DNA from: Nitrospirota bacterium
Lineage (GTDB): Bacteria; Nitrospirota; Thermodesulfovibrionia; Thermodesulfovibrionales; SM23-35
Assembly (NCBI GenBank): GCA_040757475.1
Contig: JBFLWW010000001.1
Location: forward strand, 55,769 to 119,768
Reading direction: 5' to 3'
Length of the DNA: 64,000 nt
The translations under genes and the position numbers were made by a program. Positions within the stretch are counted from its first letter, which is position 1; each line of letters begins with the position of its first letter. The notes under the pieces were generated by a model that was given only the letters and a program-made list of their open reading frames with translations, did no database searches and was not told the DNA's origin. This document shows, one piece after another, positions 21,819-30,803 of this stretch.

Positions 21819-21972
21819 AGATAGGAAAGGCTGTCTCAGAATTTTTATAATCGACAGGATTATTAATATGGCAATCGTAAGTGCCTTAAAGATTAAAGGT
21901 TTATTCGTTTACGCCTCAAAGGGTTTTACTTTAAGGTGTCGTATAAAAATTCTTCACCAGCCTTCCCTATCT
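21819..21972. repeat. 154-bp element bounded by ~37-bp imperfect inverted repeats (MITE-like or structured RNA)
   Basis: AGATAGGAAAGGCTG..TCAGAATTTTTATA (21819-21849) faces TATAAAAATTCTTCACCAGCCTTCCCTATCT (21942-21972). The inner pair is CCTTAAAG/CTTTAAGG. Confidence 0.5.
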
Positions 21973-22016
21973 AACCTGATAGTTTTATACATAGGGAATA
22001 ATGAAGGGAGGTCGCT

Positions 22017-23318
22017 GTGCATATAGGGATAATCGGTACTGGCTATGTCGGTCTTGTAACAGGAGCCTGTTTTGCAGAGTTTGGTGTCTTTGTAACATGT
22101 GTTGATAAGGATGAAAAGAAGATAAAATTTCTAAATAAGGGTATTGTTTCTTTTTATGAGCCGGGGCTTGAGGACCTCGTAAGGAGAAATATAAAACAAG
22201 GCCGCCTGAATTTTACTACAAAGATTGCGGATGCTGTTGATTCTTCCCTGGTGATATTCATAGCTGTTGGTACACCACCGAGGGGTAATGGCTCTGCTGA
22301 TCTGAAATATATAGAAGCTGTGGCTAAGGAGATAGCTTCCCATTTAGACGGATATAAAGTAATCGTCACAAAAAGCACAGTACCTGTCGGGACAGGCCAG
22401 AAGCTGAGGGAGATAATATCCAGAAATCTTAAAGAACAGGTGGATTTTGATATTGTCTCAAACCCGGAGTTTCTCAGGGAAGGCTCTGCAATAGAAGACT
22501 TTATGAGGCCAAACAGGGTCATTATAGGTGCAAAGAGTCAACAGGCAATAGCAATAATGAAAGACCTTTATAAACCTCTTTATCTTATCGAGACGCCGTT
22601 TGTTATAACTAATATGGAGACAGCAGAATTGATAAAGTATGCATCCAATTCGTTTTTAGCAACAAAGATTTCTTTTATCAATGAGATTGCAAACCTTTGT
22701 GAGAAGGTGGGAGCTGATGTCCATACGGTAGCAAAGGGCATGGGACTTGACCAGAGGATAGGTGCAAAATTTCTCCACCCTGGCCCTGGCTATGGCGGCT
22801 CATGCTTTCCAAAAGATACAAAGGCTATCATCAACATTGCAGAAAAACACAGAGTTGAACTCAATGTTATTAATGCAGCAGTAAAGGCTAATGAGAGGCA
22901 AAGAGAGTTTATGATTGATAAGGTCAGGACGGCTATGGGAGAGCTTAAAGGTAAGACTATTGCTGTCCTCGGTCTTTCTTTTAAGCCGAATACTGACGAT
23001 ATCAGAGATGCACCCTCTATTTATATAATCAAAAAGCTTTTAGAGTCCGGGGCAAGGATTAGAGCATATGACCCTGCGGCAATGAGCCGTCTTAAGGCAG
23101 TATTACCTGAGATTAGATATTGCAGGGACTCATATGATGCGGTCAGGGGTGTTGATGCACTCATGATTGTGACCGAATGGAACCAATTCAGGAACCTCGA
23201 CTTAGAAAGGATTAAAAGACTGTTGAGACAACCTTACTTTTTTGATCTGAGAAATATATACGAGCCAGCGAAGCTGAAGGAACTCGGATTTAAATATTTC
23301 TGCGTTGGAAGGGTTTGA
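22017..23318 (+). CDS. ugd: UDP-glucose 6-dehydrogenase
   Basis: GTG start after GGGAGG. Motifs IGTGYVGLV and GGSCFPKD. Confidence 0.93.
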   Translation: MHIGIIGTGYVGLVTGACFAEFGVFVTCVDKDEKKIKFLNKGIVSFYEPGLEDLVRRNIKQGRLNFTTKIADAVDSSLVIFIAVGTPPRGNGSADLKYIEAVAKEIASHLDGYKVIVTKSTVPVGTGQKLREIISRNLKEQVDFDIVSNPEFLREGSAIEDFMRPNRVIIGAKSQQAIAIMKDLYKPLYLIETPFVITNMETAELIKYASNSFLATKISFINEIANLCEKVGADVHTVAKGMGLDQRIGAKFLHPGPGYGGSCFPKDTKAIINIAEKHRVELNVINAAVKANERQREFMIDKVRTAMGELKGKTIAVLGLSFKPNTDDIRDAPSIYIIKKLLESGARIRAYDPAAMSRLKAVLPEIRYCRDSYDAVRGVDALMIVTEWNQFRNLDLERIKRLLRQPYFFDLRNIYEPAKLKELGFKYFCVGRV

Positions 23319-23327
23319 GATGCGGTT

Positions 23328-23402
23328 GGGCGATTAGCTCAGTGGGAGAGCGCTGCCTTCACACGGCAGAGGTCGTAGGTTCGAAACCTACATCGCCTAC
23401 CA
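23328..23402 (+). tRNA. tRNA-Val (anticodon CAC)
   Basis: Cloverleaf read by eye. Acceptor GGGCGAT/ATCGCCT, D-arm GCTC-AGTGGGA-GAGC, anticodon arm CTGCC-TTCACAC-GGCAG, T-arm GTAGG-TTCGAAA-CCTAC, encoded CCA. Confidence 0.9.
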
Positions 23403-23426
23403 ACCTTTTTATCGCTATCTCCTTCT

Positions 23427-25345
<1,919 letters not shown>

Positions 25346-25356
25346 TTTATCTCCTT

Positions 25357-25437
25357 AAAATCAAAAATCAAATATTAAAAAATCAAAATTATGGAGTTCC
25401 TTAATTTTGCATTTTGATTTTTGCATTTTACATTTTT
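25357..25437. repeat. two-arm heptamer element, CAAAA/TTTTG class, inside the por operon (porA-porB spacer)
   Basis: The left arm is AAAATCAAAAATCAAATATTAAAAAATCAAAATT and the right arm is TTCCTTAATTTTGCATTTTGATTTTTGCATTTTACATTTTT. Confidence 0.85.
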
Positions 25438-25438
25438 A

Positions 25439-26617
25439 TTACTCTCTCACACCAATATATTCCTTAAAGGTTTTTACTTTTCCTGTCTTTACTATCTCTA
25501 CAAGCTCTGATAAGACCTGCTCTGCATGCTGAGGCAGGAAATCCCTACCACCCAGACCGTATATCTTATTTATCATTGTCGGCCTTTCTTTGAAGGGATA
25601 GAGGGCAGAACTGACCTCCATAAAAAGAGGACCATAAGCGCCAAAGGAGTCTGCCCTGTCAAGGACACAGATTGCCTTGAGATGTTTTAAGACATCACCA
25701 ACCTCTTCATAGGGAAATGGTCTGAAGAGTCTTGGTTTTAAAAGCCCTGCCTTAATACCCATATCTCTAAATTCATCTATAACATCCTTCGAGGTCCCAG
25801 CAGCAGAGTTTAATATCACAATGGCTATCTCTGCATCGTCGAGCCCGTATGTCTCAAAAAGACCATATCTCCTTCCGCTTATCTTTTCGAATTCTGTTGC
25901 AACATCGAGGACTACATCTTTAACCTTCGTCATTACCTCGTGCTGAGCACGCTTGAATTCGTGATAAAGGTCTGGAAGTATCAATGGCCCCATGCTTTTT
26001 GGATGTTCTAAATCCAAGAGTGGATTTAAAGACTTATATTCACCGACAAAGTTTTTGACCCCATCATCCTCCAGATACTCTATCCTCTCTATTGAATGGC
26101 TTATTATAAAGCCATCCAGACATATCATTACAGGAAGCCTTATATCCATATGCTCTGCAATCCTGAATGCCTGTATGGTATTATCATATGCCTCCTGTGC
26201 ATTCTCAGACCATAGCTGTATCCAGCCAGAGTCCCTCGCACCCATTGCATCAGAATGGTCTCCATGAATATTAAGAGGTGCAGAGAGTGACCTGTTCACA
26301 ACAGGCATAACTATCGGGAGTCTCATGCCAGAGGCAACAAAGAGCATCTCCCACATAAGTGCAAGCCCTGGGCCACATGTGGCTGTTGCAACCCTTCCAC
26401 CACCAGCTGCAGCTCCAATACATGCACTCATCGCGCTATGCTCACTCTCAACAAGTATCAGTTCTGTATCAACCTTTCCGTCAGATACAAAGCTCGAGAA
26501 CCTTTGCATCAGGTCTGTCTGTGGGGTAATTGGGTATGCAGCACAGACATCTGGATTTATCTGTCTTAATGCCTCTGCTACTGCCTCATTTCCAGTTACA
26601 GCTACAATCTTCGCCAT
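25439..26617 (-). CDS. porA: 2-oxoacid:ferredoxin oxidoreductase, alpha subunit
   Basis: 392 aa, with GNEAVAEA......AYPITPQT and ESEHSA. Confidence 0.88.
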   Translation of the reverse strand: MAKIVAVTGNEAVAEALRQINPDVCAAYPITPQTDLMQRFSSFVSDGKVDTELILVESEHSAMSACIGAAAGGGRVATATCGPGLALMWEMLFVASGMRLPIVMPVVNRSLSAPLNIHGDHSDAMGARDSGWIQLWSENAQEAYDNTIQAFRIAEHMDIRLPVMICLDGFIISHSIERIEYLEDDGVKNFVGEYKSLNPLLDLEHPKSMGPLILPDLYHEFKRAQHEVMTKVKDVVLDVATEFEKISGRRYGLFETYGLDDAEIAIVILNSAAGTSKDVIDEFRDMGIKAGLLKPRLFRPFPYEEVGDVLKHLKAICVLDRADSFGAYGPLFMEVSSALYPFKERPTMINKIYGLGGRDFLPQHAEQVLSELVEIVKTGKVKTFKEYIGVRE

Positions 26618-26675
26618 TATTTGCCCTCCTCTGGGGCGTAATGGGGGACGTTGTCCCCCTTATGAAATCCCCCTT

Positions 26676-26969
26676 TTATACTGATTCCTCTACCATAACG
26701 ATTGCTTTTTTGCCCTTTTTCCCAAGACATTCAAGGGCACATATACCGCACCCTTTACAGTAGTCATAATTAAAATCTGTTCTTTTCCCATCTTTTACTA
26801 TAACCGCCATATCAGGACAATAAAGCCAGCAAAAAAGACACTGTATACAATTTTCTTCCTTCCATACGGGCCTGAAGGCCCTCCATGAGCCTGTCTTGAA
26901 CTCGACAGCATTCCCTGGCTCCAATATTACAGCCCCTGGTGTAAGCTCTCTCCATCCTTTTAGTCTCAT
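26676..26969 (-). CDS. porD: 2-oxoacid:ferredoxin oxidoreductase, delta subunit (2x[4Fe-4S] ferredoxin)
   Basis: Two clusters: CIQCLFCWLYCP and CKGCGICALEC. Confidence 0.85.
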   Translation of the reverse strand: MRLKGWRELTPGAVILEPGNAVEFKTGSWRAFRPVWKEENCIQCLFCWLYCPDMAVIVKDGKRTDFNYDYCKGCGICALECLGKKGKKAIVMVEESV

Positions 26970-27541
26970 CCTTCCTTTACCTCCCCATATCCGCGCCTTG
27001 TTGCCTCGAGATTGCCGTCTATTATCTTCTGAGAAAACTTCTTACCAAAGCTTTTTCTGACATCCTCGAGGAGGTACTCAAGGCTTACAAGGCCGGTCAC
27101 CTTACATACAGCACCGAGCATAGGAGCATTTGGTAATGCCCTTCCGATACACTCCATAGCTATCTTTGTTGCATCAACCGTAAAAACCTTCTGTCGCGGT
27201 TTTGCATTAAGCCTTGCCCTTATTTCCTCTGGGTCTTTTAAGGTGTTTACGACAAATATTGCATCCTCTGTAGCGCCCTCAGTAACATCAATGCTATCGA
27301 GTAATGTGGCATCAACAACACTGACAACTTGTGGCTGAAGGACAGGGCAGTGCATCCTGAGCTCCTTTGAACTTATTCTGTTGTATGCCCTGAGTGGTGC
27401 TCCAGCCCTCTCAGGACCATATTCAGGGAATGCCTGGACATATCTACCTCCACTTAAACAGGCATCTGCTAAAACCTTGGCAGCTGTCACAGTTCCCTGG
27501 CCTCCCCTTCCATGCCATCTTATTTCCACTGTATTAGCCAT
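26966..27541 (-). CDS. porC: 2-oxoacid:ferredoxin oxidoreductase, gamma subunit
   Basis: IRWHGRGGQG motif. I place the start at ATG 27541, preceded by GGAGGG; the track start is 27556. Confidence 0.85.
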   Translation of the reverse strand: MANTVEIRWHGRGGQGTVTAAKVLADACLSGGRYVQAFPEYGPERAGAPLRAYNRISSKELRMHCPVLQPQVVSVVDATLLDSIDVTEGATEDAIFVVNTLKDPEEIRARLNAKPRQKVFTVDATKIAMECIGRALPNAPMLGAVCKVTGLVSLEYLLEDVRKSFGKKFSQKIIDGNLEATRRGYGEVKEG

Positions 27542-27610
27542 GCTTTCCCTCCACAAAAATTTAGCTGCTAATTGTAGTCAATTATTAGTTTATTTTTCAA
27601 GCTCTCTAAC

Positions 27611-27655
27611 TTTTGAGTCATTGAGTTTGCTCAGTTTACTTAGTTTATCGGGTTT
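27611..27655. repeat. single-arm 7-9-nt periodic array, GAGTTT/GGGTTT class
   Basis: TTGAGTCA TTGAGTTT GCTCAGTTT ACTTAGTTT ATCGGGTTT. The 14-mer AGTTTATCGGGTTT (27642-27655) is identical to 52591-52604. Confidence 0.75.
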
Positions 27656-27671
27656 CCGTGGAGGAATCAGG

Positions 27672-27708
27672 GGGAAATTAAAAAGGGGGACAGTATTCCT
27701 GCCCCCTT
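27672..27708 (-). terminator. rho-independent terminator downstream of atpE
   Basis: Stem AAGGGGG/CCCCCTT (27683-27689 / 27702-27708), followed on the minus strand by TTTTAATTT. Confidence 0.6.
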
Positions 27709-27733
27709 AAAGGACATAAAGTATTATGCGTCC

Positions 27734-28087
27734 TTAACCGAGGAGTTTCCCGAAAGGATTTACAAAGAGGATGATAAGCGCAACAACGAGGGCGTAGATT
27801 GTGAGTGACTCTATCATGGCAAGACCAATAATAAGGGATGTCGTGACCTTACCTGATGCACCTGGATTCCTGGCTATTCCCTCACATGCCTTGCTTGTAG
27901 CAACACCCTGACCAATGCCACAGCCCAAGGCACCAACTCCAACTCCAAGACCGGCGGCAAGTGCAGCCATTGCATAGTACCAGATATTTGACCCTTTCCC
28001 GGCAGCTGCCTCCTCAGCAAAAGCAATAGGCGCTAATACCAACAGAAGTACAAGGCTGAGTAGAAGTGCAACCATGGTTTTCTTCAT
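27734..28087 (-). CDS. atpE: F0F1 ATP synthase subunit c with N-terminal signal-like extension
   Basis: The hairpin core is [19 protein letters not shown]...[21 protein letters not shown]. It is preceded by about 30 aa, [30 protein letters not shown]. Confidence 0.9.
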   Translation of the reverse strand: MKKTMVALLLSLVLLLVLAPIAFAEEAAAGKGSNIWYYAMAALAAGLGVGVGALGCGIGQGVATSKACEGIARNPGASGKVTTSLIIGLAMIESLTIYALVVALIILFVNPFGKLLG

Positions 28088-28121
28088 GCTCCTTACTTCC
28101 TCCTTTCATTAAAGAAATTAA

Positions 28122-28820
28122 TTAATGTGCCTCTTCAACGGCACCGGCAAAATAAAGTGTAGACAAAAGTGTAAAGACAAAGGCCTGAACAACGCTGACA
28201 AGGAGACCGAGTGCTAAAATTGTGGTTGGGATAATCCATGGGGCAAGCATTGCAAGAACGAGAAGTAGTATATGTTTTGCTGTCATATTGCCAAATAACC
28301 GTACTGTAAGGGTCAGGGGCCTTGCGAAGTGGCCAATAAGTTCTATAAAAAACATCATTATCATAAGTGGAAGAGCTGGCAAAGAACGTATCGGCCCAAG
28401 ATAATGATTTATGTACTTAATACCATGAGCCCTAAATCCGAAAAATTGATATAAAAGAAAGACCGGTACCGCCATAGCTGCATTTGTATTTACATTAGCA
28501 GTTGCTGCAGTGAATCCTGGTACCAGACCCATGAGATTACAGAGGAGTATAAACATAAATATCGTGCAGATAAAAGGAAAAAGCGTTCTGCCCCAGTGGT
28601 GACCTATATTATCCTCCACCAATTTCAACATTGCCTCAACTATTGTCTCGATAAAATTCTGGATGCCTTTCGGTATCAGTCGGAGAGAGCCTCTTATAAC
28701 AAGTGCTGTAATTATTAAGATTGCCGATGCAAGAAAGGCATGGCTCACATTGTGCGGTATTACCTCAGGATTAATAATGGCATCCATTAAAAGTGTCTCG
28801 TGCAAAGCTTCCACAGCCAT
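28122..28820 (-). CDS. atpB: F0F1 ATP synthase subunit a
   Basis: 232 aa and polytopic, with the conserved LTLTVRLFGNM arginine motif. Confidence 0.9.
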   Translation of the reverse strand: MAVEALHETLLMDAIINPEVIPHNVSHAFLASAILIITALVIRGSLRLIPKGIQNFIETIVEAMLKLVEDNIGHHWGRTLFPFICTIFMFILLCNLMGLVPGFTAATANVNTNAAMAVPVFLLYQFFGFRAHGIKYINHYLGPIRSLPALPLMIMMFFIELIGHFARPLTLTVRLFGNMTAKHILLLVLAMLAPWIIPTTILALGLLVSVVQAFVFTLLSTLYFAGAVEEAH

Positions 28821-28850
28821 AGGTGCCTCCTTAGAGAAAAAATCAAAAAT

Positions 28851-28879
28851 ATATTACATAAGCTCCCCTGAAAAGTCAA
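28851..28879 (-). promoter_or_regulatory. candidate sigma70-type promoter for atpBE
   Basis: The minus strand reads TTGACT-17 nt-TAATAT about 30 nt upstream of AAGGAGG-ATG. Confidence 0.45.
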
Positions 28880-28961
28880 GAAAGAAAAATAAGTTACTGT
28901 ATTTTTTAAAAAGGGAGTTTAATAATCAGAATTAATAAGAGAATTCAAGGTAGGTGAAATA

Positions 28962-29405
28962 ATGAAAAAAGAAAGAATGAAAAGGGAATTTACTGAAGAA
29001 GAAAAAAAGGACATGCCTCTTTATCCCATAGGGATTGTAGCAGAACTTATAGGTACAACTGACCAGACGCTTCGCCTTTATGAAAAGCACGGCCTGCTAA
29101 AACCAGCCCGGAGGAATAAAAACAGATTTTATTCTGAGAATGACATAAAGTGGCTTAGATGTCTGAGAGACCTGATACATAACAGAAAGATCAGCATTGA
29201 AGGCATAAAGAAGCTGCTTGATTATGCGCCATGTTGGGAGATAACAGAGTGTTCAGAGGAGAGAAGAAATAAGTGCTCTGCATATATAGACAGAACAAAG
29301 CCATGCTGGGAACTGAACAGAATAATATGCCAGAGGGAATCAGGCAGGATATGTGAGGACTGCGTTGTATTCTTATCCAAGATTATCAAGAAAAGTGTTA
29401 ATTAA
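28962..29405 (+). CDS. MerR-family (HspR-like) transcriptional regulator with C-terminal Cys-rich domain containing two PCWE motifs
   Basis: The HTH is YPIGIVAELIGTTDQTLRLYEKHGLLKP.R....R.YS..D. The C-terminus is APCWEITECSEERRNKCSAYIDRTKPCWELNRIICQRESGRICEDCVVF, with 7 Cys. Confidence 0.8.
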   Translation: MKKERMKREFTEEEKKDMPLYPIGIVAELIGTTDQTLRLYEKHGLLKPARRNKNRFYSENDIKWLRCLRDLIHNRKISIEGIKKLLDYAPCWEITECSEERRNKCSAYIDRTKPCWELNRIICQRESGRICEDCVVFLSKIIKKSVN

Positions 29406-30795
29406 ACGCTGCTATCACAGCATTGAGTTTCCCTTCGACAAACTCTTTTATTTCCCTGAGAGATTCTTCGTCTTTTGCCTCGAACCTCATCACAAGCGCA
29501 GGCTGGGTGTTTGAAGCCCTAATAAGTGCCCATCCTTTATCAAACTTAATCCTTATACCGTCAATATCATTAAGAGGGTAGTCCCTGAATGCCTCTTTTG
29601 TCTTATCAACTATCTTGAACTTTATCTCATCTGGGCATTCAAATCTTATCTCAGGTGTTGACACACTCTTGGGGATATCTGCGAGGAGCCGCTTTATGGA
29701 ATAGGGTCTTCCGTTCTTTGCAAGTATCTCAAGAAGCCTCAAGCTCGCATATATAGCGTCATCGTATCCGAAATACCTGTCAGAGAAGAATATATGGCCG
29801 CTCATCTCTCCACCAAGCAGTGCGCCTGCCTCTTTCATCTTACTTTTTATGAGTGAGTGTCCTGCCTTCCACATAATGGGATTCCCTCCGAGCCTTCGTA
29901 TCTCATCATACATTACCTGAGAACATTTCACCTCACCCACAAATGTTGGGGGTTTTGAGCTTTGAGCTTTGAGCTTTAGGCTTTGAGTTTCAATGATGTC
30001 CCTTGCAAATATAATCATCAGCCTGTCTCCCCATACCACATCACCATCCCTATCAACAACACCAATCCTGTCAGCATCTCCATCATAGCCGATTCCGAGG
30101 TCTGCACCATGAGCTGATACATTTGCAATAAGGTCTTTTATATTATCCATTACTGTAGGGTCAGGATGGTGGTTTGGAAAATTTCCATCGGGTTCGCAAT
30201 AAAGCTCTATCACCTCGCAGCCTAAGTCCTTCATTAGTTGCGGTGCCAGAAGGCCGGCTGTGCCATTACCCGCGTCAATTACAACCTTTATCCTGTCAAA
30301 TTGAGAGAAATTTCTCTTAAGGTGTCCTATATATTTTGGGATTATCTCATATACTTCGGTTGTCCCTCTCCCCTGAGTAAAATCACCCTGTTCCACTATC
30401 CTCTTTACATCCTGTATCTTTTCTCCATAAAGGGTTTCTTTGCCTACACTGAGTTTCATGCCATTGAATTCAGGAGGGTTGTGGCTTCCTGTAATCATCA
30501 CTCCACCGTCAACAGGGAGATGGAATAGAGAGAAGTACTGAAGAGGAGTTGGGCATATGCCAATATCTACAACATCAATTCCGCTAACAAGGAGCCCATG
30601 CGACAATGCTTCAAGTATAGCAGGAGAACTCAGTCGCACATCCCTTCCAATGCTCACCTTTATTTTTTCTTTTTTGAGGGCGGCCCTCAGATAAACTGCA
30701 AATGCCCTGCCTATCTTTTCTATAACCTCTTCTGTGAGGTCCCTTCCCCATATCCCTCTTATATCATACTGTCTGAAGATTGCAGGATTTAACAC
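29398..30795 (-). CDS. phosphomannomutase/phosphoglucomutase (alpha-D-phosphohexomutase)
   Basis: Active-site loop TGSHNPPEFNGMK, metal loop GYDGDADR and GGEMSGH. Confidence 0.9.
   Translation of the reverse strand: MLNPAIFRQYDIRGIWGRDLTEEVIEKIGRAFAVYLRAALKKEKIKVSIGRDVRLSSPAILEALSHGLLVSGIDVVDIGICPTPLQYFSLFHLPVDGGVMITGSHNPPEFNGMKLSVGKETLYGEKIQDVKRIVEQGDFTQGRGTTEVYEIIPKYIGHLKRNFSQFDRIKVVIDAGNGTAGLLAPQLMKDLGCEVIELYCEPDGNFPNHHPDPTVMDNIKDLIANVSAHGADLGIGYDGDADRIGVVDRDGDVVWGDRLMIIFARDIIETQSLKLKAQSSKPPTFVGEVKCSQVMYDEIRRLGGNPIMWKAGHSLIKSKMKEAGALLGGEMSGHIFFSDRYFGYDDAIYASLRLLEILAKNGRPYSIKRLLADIPKSVSTPEIRFECPDEIKFKIVDKTKEAFRDYPLNDIDGIRIKFDKGWALIRASNTQPALVMRFEAKDEESLREIKEFVEGKLNAVIAAFN
29953..29992. repeat. 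heptamer array inside the phosphomannomutase ORF
   Basis: The minus strand reads ACTCAAA GCCTAAA GCTCAAA GCTCAAA GCTCAAA, translated as ..ETQSLKLKAQSSKPP... Confidence 0.8.
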
Positions 30796-30803
30796 CGCCC
30801 CTC

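Noticed and set aside
26643-26659. The hairpin GGGGGAC-GTT-GTCCCCC between porD and porA, taken as a terminator.
   Set aside because: It lies inside a four-gene operon 25 nt before the porA SD and has no U-tract on the transcribed strand. It is more likely a minor structural feature of the mRNA.
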